A DNA stretch of 54,447 nucleotides from a virus (IMGVR_UViG_3300037099_000532:1-54447); one strand, 5' to 3'. Shown: positions 25,975 through 35,632, counted from the first letter of the stretch. Notes: generated from the letters alone by a model not told the origin. Program-made: numbers and translations.

Positions 25975-26664
25975 TCAGTCGCGCGGCGGCGTCTTGCCGA
26001 GCGCCTGGGCGAAGGCGCGCGCGCCTTTTTCGGTTTCACTCATTCCTTCGACGCCAGATCCGGCCGGGTCGGGCGCGATCGCCGGCCGCGGCACGATGGC
26101 GTCGAGCCGCGACGCCGGGCGCGCCGCTGACGGCGCTTCCTTCGCCGTCTTGGCCAGCGCCTTGACCGCCTGCTCGGCGGTCAGGTCGGTTTCCAACGCG
26201 AACACCAGCGCCGCGCCGAGCCGGCCTTCCGCCGCCTCGCTGCGCAGGATTGCGCCGATGCGGGCCCGCTCCGCCGCCGCGCCCGTTTGACGCGACGCTT
26301 TGCTCTTCTCGCCGTCACCGTCCTCAGCTTTGGCGTCAACCTTGTCGAGCAGCCGGCCCGCGGCCTCATAGACATCGTCGGCGTTCTCCTGCGCCGCGCG
26401 CTGGCGGATCGCCACCAGGGCGCTGCGATAGACCTTGCCGTCCTTGCCGTGCGGATAATGCCAGCGCGCCTTCGTCTCCTTATCCTTCTCGGCGTCCTCG
26501 CCGAGATGGAACTCGGAATAGCCGCTCCAGTCATCGCCGGCGGGGCCGAGCAGCTTGTCGCCGTCCTCGGCCGAAAACGACCACGGCGAGCTGCGGTCGA
26601 CCTTGCCCGCTTCGATCAGCGAGTCGGCGCGCCGCTCGCCTGCCTTATGCAGTTTCACGGCCAT
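25975..26664 (-). CDS. Nested in-frame scaffold (Nu3-like)
   Basis: Internal AGAGGAG SD before ATG (MAVKLHK); AAAERARIGAIL scaffold-like motif. Confidence 0.6.
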   Translation of the reverse strand: MAVKLHKAGERRADSLIEAGKVDRSSPWSFSAEDGDKLLGPAGDDWSGYSEFHLGEDAEKDKETKARWHYPHGKDGKVYRSALVAIRQRAAQENADDVYEAAGRLLDKVDAKAEDGDGEKSKASRQTGAAAERARIGAILRSEAAEGRLGAALVFALETDLTAEQAVKALAKTAKEAPSAARPASRLDAIVPRPAIAPDPAGSGVEGMSETEKGARAFAQALGKTPPRD

Positions 26665-27624
26665 CTTGCCGCTCCTCTTGCTTCCGAGCCTGGTGGTTTG
26701 ACGCTGGACCGCGGCGCGGCTCGCCGCCGCCTCGGCCGCCTGCCGGCGAAGGCCGGCGAGAACTCCGTCGAAGTCGCCGAGCGCGTCGGCCAGTTTGGCT
26801 TCTACCGCGGCCTTGCCGACGTAGATCGCCGCCTCGGTCCTGCGCGCCCCGTCCGCGCCGAGCCCCGGCCGATGGCGGCCGACTGCGTCGACGAACAGGT
26901 CGTAATATTCGCCGATCCACGCACTGATGCGCTTGCGCGCCCCGTCGTCGAGCGGCTCGTATTCGTTGCCATCGATCTTGTAGGCGCCGGCGTGCAGCAG
27001 CGTCGGCTTCACCCCGCGCTGCGCGTAGGCCTCGGACAGATCCATGTGCAGCCAAACGACGCCGATTGAGCCGATGGTCGCCGACGGTGCGACAACCAGC
27101 TCGCTCGACCCCGAGGCGAGGGCGTAGGCGGCCGAGCAGCCCATGCCGTCGACATACGCCGTCACAGGCTTTTTCGCCGCCGCCGCGCGAATCGCTGTCG
27201 CCGCTTCGAAACACCCCGTCGCCTCGCCGCCCGGCGAGTCGATGTCGAGCGCGATAGCGCTGACCTGCGGATCGTCGCAGGCCTGCTGCAACGCAGCACG
27301 GATCGTCGCGTAGGACGTCAGCCCCGAGGCCGATTCCAGCCACGAACCGCGGTTGATCAGCTCGCCCCGCACGGCGATCACGGCCACGCCGTCGCAGACC
27401 TCGTAGAGCTTGCGCTGCGCGGTGTCGTCGTCCTCGACTTCGACCGTCACCACCGCGCCCGGGGTGCGGCGGAGCGGCCTGTCGACGCCGCTCGCCGCCG
27501 GCGCTGGGAACTCGCCAAGGATCCGCGTCGACAGATTGCCCGCCAGCGCCGTCGCCGCGTCAGGCAAAATGAGCAACGGCCGGTTGAACAGCCGCGCCGC
27601 GATGCGATCGAGTCGATGGGCCAT
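25975..27624 (-). CDS. Head maturation protease, S49 family (lambda gpC-like)
   Basis: LFNRPLLI, LDIDSPGG, CSAAYALAS, GSIGV, GAYKIDGN. Confidence 0.92.
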   Translation of the reverse strand: MAHRLDRIAARLFNRPLLILPDAATALAGNLSTRILGEFPAPAASGVDRPLRRTPGAVVTVEVEDDDTAQRKLYEVCDGVAVIAVRGELINRGSWLESASGLTSYATIRAALQQACDDPQVSAIALDIDSPGGEATGCFEAATAIRAAAAKKPVTAYVDGMGCSAAYALASGSSELVVAPSATIGSIGVVWLHMDLSEAYAQRGVKPTLLHAGAYKIDGNEYEPLDDGARKRISAWIGEYYDLFVDAVGRHRPGLGADGARRTEAAIYVGKAAVEAKLADALGDFDGVLAGLRRQAAEAAASRAAVQRQTTRLGSKRSGKMAVKLHKAGERRADSLIEAGKVDRSSPWSFSAEDGDKLLGPAGDDWSGYSEFHLGEDAEKDKETKARWHYPHGKDGKVYRSALVAIRQRAAQENADDVYEAAGRLLDKVDAKAEDGDGEKSKASRQTGAAAERARIGAILRSEAAEGRLGAALVFALETDLTAEQAVKALAKTAKEAPSAARPASRLDAIVPRPAIAPDPAGSGVEGMSETEKGARAFAQALGKTPPRD

Positions 27625-27731
27625 GAACATCTCCCGCTTCTCCCCATCACCGGGAAGAAGGCGGCGGTGAAGCCGCTGGATGAAGGCTGTGTTGAGGTCG
27701 CAGAACGAATCGGCGCAGTTCGCCGGTGTCG

Positions 27732-29429
27732 TCACGCCGCCATCAGATCGCCCAGCGCCTGCGCATGGGCCGCCATCTCGGCGCCGGTTTTCTCTTCGAC
27801 CTCTTCGCTGTCCGGCTTCGGACCGCGCGTCGAGCGCGTCGCCATCACCAACGACTCTCGGCTCAAGCCGCGTTCGCTGAGTTCCTTGCGCTCGAGCGCG
27901 ATCTGGTCGAACACTTCGATGTAGTCTTTGCCGCGCTCCGCGCACTCGTCCTCGTAAGTCGAGGTCAAGTTCTCGATCCGCATCGTGCTCGCTTCGGCTT
28001 CCTTCAGCGGGTCGACGACGCCGCGGCCCGGCCCGATCCACCGCGCGGCGAGATAGGCGCCGGGATTGTCCCAAAAATCCGGCGCGCCCACGGGCGCTTC
28101 GATGTAGCCGCGGTCGAACGCCTCTTCGATCACCGCGTAATAGATCGGCGCGACCACCTGCTCGGCGAACGCTGCACGCATGCGCGTCAGGCTTCGCCAC
28201 ACCTCATTCAGCGCCGCGCGAGCCGAGGAATAGTTGACCCGCGACCAGTCCATCGTCAGCTGCTCGTAGGAGAGATTCAGCGACGCGGCGATCGAATGCA
28301 GGAAGGCGGTCTGGAACGCCGGAAACGCCGTCGTCTGGCGCGGCGAGGCGTTCATCGTCACTTTCGATCCCGGCGCCAGGACCGGAATGCGCACCCCGCC
28401 GATCTTGGCCGGGAACTTCTCGTACCAGCGCAGTAGATAGCTCATCCACGATCGGCGATCATGGATGTCTCTTTGCGGCGTCAACCGCTCGGCGACCTCG
28501 TCGGCCGGCGCCTCGGTCTCGACGAAGGCGGCGAACAGCGCGTTGGCCGTCGCAGCGGCCAGTTCGTTGTCGGCGAACTTGCCGATCATCCTCAGCCGAT
28601 TGATCAGCGAGGCGAACGGCGTCATCGCCTTGGACATGCCCTCGCGGTCGGGCTCGAAGCCGTGGATGAAGACCGGGCGGCCCCATTCGGTGCGTCGCGG
28701 CACATAGGTCCAGGTCCAGGCCCGACCGTAGGCCCACCAGTCGCCGGCGTGGGCGTTGCGAACATGGTAGCCGCGGGGCTCGCCGTCGTCGGTCATCTCG
28801 ACGCCGCCGCGCATCGTCAGGCGGTCGATCGTCCCGTAAGGATTGGAGACGCGGTCGGGATCGATCGCCAGCACGCAGGTCGCGTAGCGCTGCTCGCCCG
28901 GTTTCCATCCGAGCGCTGCCGCCGTCTCGCCAACCGTGAACCACGTCCGCGCGAACAGCCGCAGAAGGCCGTTCATCGACAGCCGCCGCTGCGAGTCGCA
29001 GGTGCGGCGCGGATCGTCGCAAAACGCTCGCCATTCCCACTGCAGCGCCCGTTTGAGGACCCGCCGGGTTTCCCCGTCGGTGATCCCGAGCGCCTCGAAA
29101 TCCGGCCGCGCCGACAGCCTCAGGCCCTCGCCAACCGCCGCGTCCATCAGCCGCTCGACCGCCGAGCGCGCCACTGGATCGTTGCGCACCACGTCGCGGA
29201 CGCGCGCCACTGCGAGGTCGCGCGCCGGCAGCAGCGCGCCGTCGGCCGAACCGAACGCCGGGTTCCACTCGACCGTGTCCTGCCGGTCATGACTGGCGAC
29301 CCGGTAGGGTGACTCGAAGACCGACTCCGAGTAGTGCCCACGCGCGTCGTCGACGCTCGCCCGCGGGCCGACCCCGCCACCCGGCCGCCGCCGGAATCGC
29401 GCCGGCAGAATGTTTGCCCAGGCGCCCAT
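27732..29429 (-). CDS. Portal protein, lambda family
   Basis: ARVRDVVRND, SYEQLTMDWSRVNYSSARA, WIGPGR..DPLKE. Confidence 0.95.
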   Translation of the reverse strand: MGAWANILPARFRRRPGGGVGPRASVDDARGHYSESVFESPYRVASHDRQDTVEWNPAFGSADGALLPARDLAVARVRDVVRNDPVARSAVERLMDAAVGEGLRLSARPDFEALGITDGETRRVLKRALQWEWRAFCDDPRRTCDSQRRLSMNGLLRLFARTWFTVGETAAALGWKPGEQRYATCVLAIDPDRVSNPYGTIDRLTMRGGVEMTDDGEPRGYHVRNAHAGDWWAYGRAWTWTYVPRRTEWGRPVFIHGFEPDREGMSKAMTPFASLINRLRMIGKFADNELAAATANALFAAFVETEAPADEVAERLTPQRDIHDRRSWMSYLLRWYEKFPAKIGGVRIPVLAPGSKVTMNASPRQTTAFPAFQTAFLHSIAASLNLSYEQLTMDWSRVNYSSARAALNEVWRSLTRMRAAFAEQVVAPIYYAVIEEAFDRGYIEAPVGAPDFWDNPGAYLAARWIGPGRGVVDPLKEAEASTMRIENLTSTYEDECAERGKDYIEVFDQIALERKELSERGLSRESLVMATRSTRGPKPDSEEVEEKTGAEMAAHAQALGDLMAA

Positions 29430-29641
29430 CAGCCGAAGGTGATCCCGATGGCACCGGTCAGCCGGCGGCGGCCAGCCAGCTCGTCTTCGAGCCGAGCGAC
29501 ATAGCCTTGCAACTTGTCGACATCGGTGTGGCTGTAGCGCACGCGCCGGCCATCCACCTCGACTTCGACCTCCTTCTGCCCGGTCAGCAACAAATGCAGC
29601 GCCTCGCGCGCATCATCGAGTCGGGCCGCGGTCGTCATCAT
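29429..29641 (-). CDS. Head completion protein gpW
   Basis: AREALHLLLTG..V.VDGRRVRY..L..Y..RLE. Confidence 0.88.
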   Translation of the reverse strand: MMTTAARLDDAREALHLLLTGQKEVEVEVDGRRVRYSHTDVDKLQGYVARLEDELAGRRRLTGAIGITFG

Positions 29642-29871
29642 CGCGCGGCGACGCCGATCGACAGCGCCCGGTGCGAAACCGCGCCGAAGCGCAATCGGCG
29701 CCAACGCGCCGCGCTCATCGGCGCGACGCCAGCCCAAATCACTAAGTCGCGCGTCGCCGCCCGCGCCACAGCGGCGATCGCCGCGCGGCTCGCCCGCCAC
29801 CGTGCGTCGGCCGAAAGCGTCGACGGCCCGACCGTAACGGTTCCCATAGTTGCAAGATCGTCTGAACTCAT
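29638..29871 (-). CDS. Hypothetical protein between terminase and gpW
   Basis: GGAG SD, ATGA overlap with gpW. Confidence 0.45.
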   Translation of the reverse strand: MSSDDLATMGTVTVGPSTLSADARWRASRAAIAAVARAATRDLVIWAGVAPMSAARWRRLRFGAVSHRALSIGVAAR

Positions 29872-30043
29872 CGAAACCGCTCCACGACTAGATTGGCTGG
29901 TCGGGTGAAACTCAGCGGGGGAAATTGCCGGCCGTCGCCGACCGTTCCGACCCGCTTCGGTGGGGCGCTCTCCTCTCGCCGCGTTCAATTCGCCCCGTCA
30001 GGCGAAAACCAGCACGGCAGGTCCCTCACGTGTCTTTAGCGAG

Positions 30044-32119
30044 CTACCGAAACAACGCCGCATTCTGTTGGCCGAGCCGTTCGAGCTCGGCCTCGAGCGT
30101 ATCGCCCGAAGGCGCGGCCTCGGCAGAAGCCTCATTCGTCACTTTCACCGGCCCGCCCGTTAGCGGCGCCGAGGCGGCAGCAGCCTCGACGGCGGCGCGC
30201 GGCTTGAACAGCGCCAGCGCATCGTCGGGCGGCATTCCGCGCGCTTTCGCCAGCGCCGCCCATTCGTCGTGGGTCAGCGCGCTCAAACCGAGCTTTTCGG
30301 CCAGAGCGAGCGCGTAGACGCGGCAGTCGAGAAAGTGGTTGTCGCGATCCGATGAGATCGGCTTCCACACCTTGCGCGTGCGGCCGCGAAAAGCCTCGTC
30401 GACCAGACGTTCGGCGGTGATCTGCTTGAAATAGGCTTCGTCGAGCCATGTCGCGAAATGGCAATAGCCGGGCGGGTCGACCGGCGCGCCCGAGCGCACG
30501 CCGATCTTGTGCAAATCGGCGTAGAACGCGCCTTTGAGCGGCCAAGTGCCGACCGGCCACAGTTTCACGCCCTTTTTGACCTTGTGGCCGGCGAGATCGA
30601 TGTCGACCAGCGACGGCGTGCCGATCGCCGGCTTGCCCCAACCGTCGCGCCCATCGACCGCGAACACCAGGTCCTCGCCGGTGTCGGGATGCACCCGCTG
30701 ATTTTGCCGCGTCCAGGCGTAGACGATGTGGCTGCGATAGCCGGAATCGACCGCCAGACCGTCGATGCGGCGCTTGCGTCCGAACGCGTCGTTGAATTCG
30801 CGCTCGAGCGTCAGCCGCTTGAGCTTGTCGAACGCCTCGCCTTCGACCGATTCGGTCGAGCCGTCGCAATAGAACGCGTCGACCACCCAGCTCTGCCGAT
30901 CGGGCGCGAAGGCGACGATCTCGCACCAGATGCCGCGCATCTGCACGTCGGCGGCGGCGATCAGGATGAGCCCGTTCGCCGGCACATGGCCGCGCGTCAA
31001 CCCCTCCTCGCGCCGCTCCATCAGCCGCGCGTGGTCGGGCGCGTCGCCCTTGTAGAGGTACGGCAGGCCGAGCTTGAGAGTGGAGAAGTCCTTCTGCGCG
31101 ATCGCGCCACCCTTGCGCGCCTTGAGCCAATCCTCGGCGATCGCCTCATAGCTCATCATCAGCGAGATGAACGCATCGATGTGAAAGCCCGGGTGGCGGT
31201 CAGGCCCTTCCGCCGTGGCGCGCCAGAAACCGTCGCGGATCATCGCCGGCCGGGCGTCGTCGTCGATCACGCCGCCACAATGCGGACAGACGTAGTAGCT
31301 CTTGTGCGGATGCGCCTCGTCGACCTTCAGCGACTTGAACGCGTGGACGAACGCTTCGCCGCAGGCTGGGCACGGGCAATGCCAGAAACGCTGATCCGAT
31401 CGCTTGAACGAGCGGTCGATGCGGCAATGGCCGGGCGCGTCGCCGGCATCGTCGCCCGAATCGACCTCCGGGGTCGAGATTTCGAGGATCTTCCAGTTGC
31501 GGCGGCGGCGGAAGGCGGTGAAGCGACCGAAAAACAGCGTTTCCGGGTCGCCGTAGCCGGGAATGTCCTGCCATTTCGACAATTCGTCCTTCACCCCCTT
31601 GCGGGCGGTGATCGACGACAGATCCATCACCGAATTGGCGTTGCGCAGCCACAGGCGGCCGCGCGGAAAGACCTTCTCGTAAGTGGTCGAACCCGACGCC
31701 GAGCGCGACGTCTGCGCCTCGATCACTTGGCGCCCGGTTCGCTTCTGCCAGGCGTCGATCAGCGGCTGCAGCTTGCCGGCGTTGAGATCGCGCAGCGCGT
31801 CGATGCCCGGCACGGCGTAGAGCGTGTTGGCGGGCTCGCAATCGGCGATGAATAGCGCCCAGCCAAGCGCCAGGATCGAGGCGCCCGATTGTTCCGACTT
31901 GCGCACCGTAACGAGATTCGCCGGATAGTCCTCATCGAGGCATTCGGCGATTCCGACAAGATACGGCGCGCCTCTCGCGTTCCATAGCCGTCCCGCCGAC
32001 GGCCCGTCGACCAGCACCAGGTTCTCTTCGAGCCAGCGCGCGAACGGCACCGCTGGCGGCGGTTCGATCCGCTCCGCCAGCGCCTCGAGCGTCGCTGCGG
32101 CGATCAGCGCGTCGCTCAT
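30044..32119 (-). CDS. Terminase large subunit, GpA family
   Basis: KSEQSGAS, DE, ISTP, SDQRFW.CP.C, GFHI, VDSGY, NHFLDCRVYA. Confidence 0.95.
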   Translation of the reverse strand: MSDALIAAATLEALAERIEPPPAVPFARWLEENLVLVDGPSAGRLWNARGAPYLVGIAECLDEDYPANLVTVRKSEQSGASILALGWALFIADCEPANTLYAVPGIDALRDLNAGKLQPLIDAWQKRTGRQVIEAQTSRSASGSTTYEKVFPRGRLWLRNANSVMDLSSITARKGVKDELSKWQDIPGYGDPETLFFGRFTAFRRRRNWKILEISTPEVDSGDDAGDAPGHCRIDRSFKRSDQRFWHCPCPACGEAFVHAFKSLKVDEAHPHKSYYVCPHCGGVIDDDARPAMIRDGFWRATAEGPDRHPGFHIDAFISLMMSYEAIAEDWLKARKGGAIAQKDFSTLKLGLPYLYKGDAPDHARLMERREEGLTRGHVPANGLILIAAADVQMRGIWCEIVAFAPDRQSWVVDAFYCDGSTESVEGEAFDKLKRLTLEREFNDAFGRKRRIDGLAVDSGYRSHIVYAWTRQNQRVHPDTGEDLVFAVDGRDGWGKPAIGTPSLVDIDLAGHKVKKGVKLWPVGTWPLKGAFYADLHKIGVRSGAPVDPPGYCHFATWLDEAYFKQITAERLVDEAFRGRTRKVWKPISSDRDNHFLDCRVYALALAEKLGLSALTHDEWAALAKARGMPPDDALALFKPRAAVEAAAASAPLTGGPVKVTNEASAEAAPSGDTLEAELERLGQQNAALFR

Positions 32120-32715
32120 TGCGCGGTGCGGCCCGCGTCCTCTGTCACGCCGGCGCGCAGACGTCGCGCCTCGGCGCGCAACGCGTCGGCGATTTCGCGC
32201 CGCATCAGGATCTTCAATCGCTTCAGCGCCACGCCGAGACCGGCGGTCTTGATGATCGGCGCGAGGTCGTCTTCGTGGTCGTCGATCCGCTCGATCGCCT
32301 CGATGACCACGGACGCTCCGCGGTCATGTCCCTGCGCCACCGATTCCGTATCGACCAGCTTGCCCCTGACGACGTCGAGATCGATCCGCCGCCGCTCGGT
32401 CTCGAGCCAGGTCTTCTGCCGCAGCGCTTCGTCGTAGGTTTCGTTCGTCGACTCGTCAGAGTCGCCGCGCGACCGCGGCGCCTGCGCCTTCGAAGGGTCG
32501 TCGTAGCGGCCGCGCAGCGCATCGTACTCGGCGACGTTGAGCCGCGCGACGCGCCCCTGCGCGTCCCGCTCGACCGTCAGCCCATGCTGTTCGACGAAGC
32601 GCTTGACGCGAATCGACACGGTCGGCTTCGAGACGCCGTCCCGTTCCGCGACCTGCGCCACGCTCCACATCACGGCGCGCGGCGCGTTAGCGCTGTTAGC
32701 GGCCTCTGTTAGCAC
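32116..32715 (-). CDS. Terminase small subunit (Nu1-like HTH)
   Basis: N-terminal HTH SVAQVAERDGVSKPTVS, ..RGKLVD; ATGA overlap with TerL; start codon uncertain. Confidence 0.8.
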   Translation of the reverse strand: MLTEAANSANAPRAVMWSVAQVAERDGVSKPTVSIRVKRFVEQHGLTVERDAQGRVARLNVAEYDALRGRYDDPSKAQAPRSRGDSDESTNETYDEALRQKTWLETERRRIDLDVVRGKLVDTESVAQGHDRGASVVIEAIERIDDHEDDLAPIIKTAGLGVALKRLKILMRREIADALRAEARRLRAGVTEDAGRTAQ

Positions 32716-32752
32716 TGTTAGCCCTGAATTCCCGATCGCCTTACTGGCCAAA

Positions 32753-32803
32753 ACGCAGACTGCCTCGGCCGCGTCTTCGATGGGGGGTGGCGGGGAAGGA
32801 CCC
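32753..32803 (-). promoter_or_regulatory. Putative cos site (cosQ + cosN)
   Basis: GGGTCCT identical to lambda cosQ, followed by the dyad ACGC-N14-GCGT just upstream of terS. Confidence 0.65.
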
Positions 32804-32804
32804 G

Positions 32805-33386
32805 TCAAATCAATCTGGCGAGGTGCTTGTCGATCATCGGCGGCACGACGGCCGACGCTTGCGTCAGGAAGGTTTCAGCGACCTTTCCTTTGACCGCTTC
32901 CTTCGCCAGGTTCGGTCCGTCGAAGCCGCGGATCGGCAGTCGCTCGCCACCGAGGCGCATGCGCAGGCCGCCGAGGAGCTTCTGTTGAAACGACCGCTTG
33001 AAGGTATGAGCGACGCCCCACATCCACACCGTGACGCCGCCGCCGGCCCCGCGCTTGACCTGTTTCTTGAACTCGCTCGGCTTGGTCGTCGGCTTGCCGA
33101 CGAAGATGATGGTGTAAGTCAGCGAGGCGGGTCGCGTCGGCCCGATTCCGCTCTTCGCCTCGCGTCCAACCCCGTACGCCCGAGCCGTGCGAGAACGGCT
33201 GGTCACCGAGTTGAGACGCACCAATCCGGTCTGTTCGCGCATCGCCGCGCGCACCTTCGTGCGAACGAGATCGCCGCCTTCGTTGAGTCCGCGGGCGATG
33301 GCGACCTGCACGCGCCCGCTCATCTTGGCCAGCGCCGCCGCCGTCTTGTCGAGATCGGACGTCATGCGCAGCGCAATCCCGCTCAT
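32805..33386 (-). CDS. Minor tail protein Z-like
   Basis: AIARGLN..VRT, RLPI...GPNLAKE; basic; GGAGG SD. Confidence 0.7.
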   Translation of the reverse strand: MSGIALRMTSDLDKTAAALAKMSGRVQVAIARGLNEGGDLVRTKVRAAMREQTGLVRLNSVTSRSRTARAYGVGREAKSGIGPTRPASLTYTIIFVGKPTTKPSEFKKQVKRGAGGGVTVWMWGVAHTFKRSFQQKLLGGLRMRLGGERLPIRGFDGPNLAKEAVKGKVAETFLTQASAVVPPMIDKHLARLI

Positions 33387-33583
33387 CGCGTCAACCTCCG
33401 CCGCGCCGCGGCGAGCAGCGCCTGGCGCGCCGAGGCCGCCAAGCCGACGGGATCGTGGCGTAAGTCGTCGACGAACGACCGGCCAATGAATTGCGCTTGA
33501 TTGACAGCCCCCGCGACGTCGCCGCGGCGCAACGCGCGCACGCCGGCGACGATCGCGACGCGCCTTTCGGCGCATTGGCACAT
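33383..33583 (-). CDS. Small hypothetical protein, first late gene
   Basis: MCQCAERR; GGGGG SD; ATGA overlap with the next gene. Confidence 0.55.
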   Translation of the reverse strand: MCQCAERRVAIVAGVRALRRGDVAGAVNQAQFIGRSFVDDLRHDPVGLAASARQALLAAARRRLTR

Positions 33584-33604
33584 GACGACCCCCAAATAGG
33601 AAAA

Positions 33605-33765
33605 TCGAAAAAGGAGGGTCGGAACGGCCGAAGGATGGTCGGAGGGCCGTTCGGCGACCGCGCTCGACGCGGTTTTCGCCATTGCGGCGGCAGGGTGGGG
33701 TTGCATATTTGCAACACCGCCCCGCAGATCGCGCTCCAATAGGGAGCGACTCGCGTTGGGCGACT
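33605..33765 (-). promoter_or_regulatory. Multi-hairpin late leader ending in a terminator-like stem and U-tract
   Basis: Five consecutive stems (33732-48, 33690-725, 33677-89, 33657-73, 33622-52) then CTTTTT on the minus strand. Confidence 0.55.
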
Positions 33766-33772
33766 CGGATAG

Positions 33773-34525
33773 CTAAACCGGCTCGACTTGGCAAGCGTTG
33801 AACGTCGCCGGCGTTGCGCCGCCGAACAGCGACAGACTGACCCGGACGCGCATTTCCGCCGGCAAAGCCTCGACAATGCCTTCGAAATCGGCGAATGGCC
33901 CGTCGAGCACGCGCACGCGACCGCCTGTGCGTAAGTGGGTCTGGCCGCGCCAATTGGCCCACCACTGGCCCGCGACTTCCAGCTTGTTGATCTCTTCGAT
34001 GATTCGCGGCGCGACGGGCGTCGGCTTGCGGGCGTCGCCGAGCACGACGCCGACGCGTTCGCCAAAGCCGTTGTAAATCTCGCGGCCGATCTCTTGGCCG
34101 GGCGCGCAGCCAACGAACAGATAGGGCGCGAACACAACAAACTGCCGCATCCTGCGCCCGCGCCGTTCGACGCCGCCGCGGCTCACCCGCGCCCGCAGCG
34201 CCAGTTTGCGCCCCAGCGGGCAGTAGGGCCGATAGCCTTGGGCGGCGAGGTCGCGCGCGACGCGCAGCTCGGAGCCGGGCGCCACGCGGGCCACCACCCA
34301 TCGCAACCCTTCGACCTCGATCTTGACCGGCTCGACCAGCCTTTCGGCTTCCGGCGCGCTCCCCTCGGGCTTCGGCGTCGGCGCAGGTTCGTATTGCAGC
34401 GCCGCGCGTTGATCGGCCGACAGTCCAGCGAGGTAAGCTTCGAGGCTTTCGGCGGGAATCTTCGCCGCTGGCCGAAGGCCCGTCGCCCGAAACGTCCCGC
34501 CGTTCGCCCCCCTGCGCGTTTTCAT
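33773..34525 (-). CDS. NusG-family antiterminator (NGN + KOW)
   Basis: WVVARV..E, FAPYLFV, GGRVRVLDGPFADFEGIV..LFGG. Confidence 0.88.
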   Translation of the reverse strand: MKTRRGANGGTFRATGLRPAAKIPAESLEAYLAGLSADQRAALQYEPAPTPKPEGSAPEAERLVEPVKIEVEGLRWVVARVAPGSELRVARDLAAQGYRPYCPLGRKLALRARVSRGGVERRGRRMRQFVVFAPYLFVGCAPGQEIGREIYNGFGERVGVVLGDARKPTPVAPRIIEEINKLEVAGQWWANWRGQTHLRTGGRVRVLDGPFADFEGIVEALPAEMRVRVSLSLFGGATPATFNACQVEPV

Positions 34526-34570
34526 GGTCCGATGCCTCTCCCGACGAGCCCAACGCGCCAAACGCCCGCT

Positions 34571-35632
34571 TCACGCAACGAAAGCCTCGTCTTCGGGCGG
34601 CCCGGTGGAGGCTTCCGCGGGCGACGGCTGCGGCGCGGCGACGCCGGGCGGAAACAGGGTTGGCCGCCACGCGCCGTCGCAGCCGAGTTCGGGGTTGTGC
34701 GAGAAGAACGGCTCGCCGCGCGCGAAGCCCTTTTGCCGCCGCCACACCGCGGTCCAGGCCGTCCACGCCTTGGTGCCGCGCCGCACCCAGGCCTGCGGCG
34801 CGACGGCGGGGTTTTCCGGCTGCGCCTTGGCGATCAACGCCAGGCCGTCGAACTCGCAATCGCGCAGCCATTGCGCCGCGTCCATCACCGAGCGCCGGCC
34901 GCCTTCCTTGACGCCAGCGGCGTAGACCGGCGCGAAACGCAGCGCCTTTTCGCGCTGCTTGGCGGTCAGTTCGAAGAACTCGCGCCGCGCTGCGTTGACC
35001 GACATCCAGCTGCGCACCGGATAGCGCTGGAGTAAGAGCTTGAACTGTTCGTCGCGCTTGGCCGCAGCCGTCTCTTGCCCGCCGAGCCCCTCCGTCCCGC
35101 CGCCGCGCTGTTCGTCGTCGCGCGCGCCCGCAGTCTCAGGCTCGCTGCTGGAAAGAGAGGAGTCCTGTTTAGGATTCAAGATTCCCGTATTAAGTGAGGC
35201 AGTCCGAACGCCGGACTCCCCCCAGTCCGCCTGCTGGACTCCCCTCTCCGCTTGTCCACAGGGGGAGTCCGTATTCTGGACTGGGGGGGAGTCCGGGAGC
35301 TGGACTGCCCCCCCTTCAGCTTCTGCGGTCGCCGCAACGCCTTCCGTTTCGCCGAAAGCGCGATCGAGCCGCAACTGGATCGAGATGAGCTCGCCGCCGT
35401 TGTCGCGCCGACCGGTCGCCAACCGCACCGCAACCCCGCCATCCTCGAGCCGGCGCAGATGGGCGAACACCGTCGAGCGCGACAGCTCGCCGCAATCGGT
35501 GAGATACTTGACCGAGAGAAAGCGCACGAAGCCGTCGGCGTCGGCCACGTCGGCGAGCAGCAGCAACACCGTCTTGGTCGAGCCCGACCCGGTGCGGACG
35601 CGCTTCGCCCATCTCAGCGCTTCGCTGCTCAC
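34571..35632 (-). CDS. Replication initiator (HTH, lambda O/DnaD-like)
   Basis: KTVLLLLADVAD..G..S..L...ELSRSTV..LRRLE wHTH; internal iterons; F..YP..A..WL C-domain. Confidence 0.8.
   Translation of the reverse strand: MSSEALRWAKRVRTGSGSTKTVLLLLADVADADGFVRFLSVKYLTDCGELSRSTVFAHLRRLEDGGVAVRLATGRRDNGGELISIQLRLDRAFGETEGVAATAEAEGGAVQLPDSPPVQNTDSPCGQAERGVQQADWGESGVRTASLNTGILNPKQDSSLSSSEPETAGARDDEQRGGGTEGLGGQETAAAKRDEQFKLLLQRYPVRSWMSVNAARREFFELTAKQREKALRFAPVYAAGVKEGGRRSVMDAAQWLRDCEFDGLALIAKAQPENPAVAPQAWVRRGTKAWTAWTAVWRRQKGFARGEPFFSHNPELGCDGAWRPTLFPPGVAAPQPSPAEASTGPPEDEAFVA
35201..35306. repeat. Replication origin iterons (4x AGTCC-N7-GGACT) with a DnaA-box-like TTGTCCACA
   Basis: Copies at 35201-17, 35224-40, 35266-82, 35290-306; TTGTCCACA at 35252-60. 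Confidence 0.8.

Noticed and set aside
7443-31855. Many long plus-strand ORFs (e.g. 19546-22338, 16759-18900, 21885-23807)
   Set aside because: Arg/Gly-rich antisense shadows of high-GC structural genes; no motifs or SDs
32805-34871. 688-aa ORF, and similarly extended ORFs 13246-14676, 21622-22746, 25975-28200
   Set aside because: N-terminal extensions overlap real genes in other frames; plausible starts with SDs lie downstream
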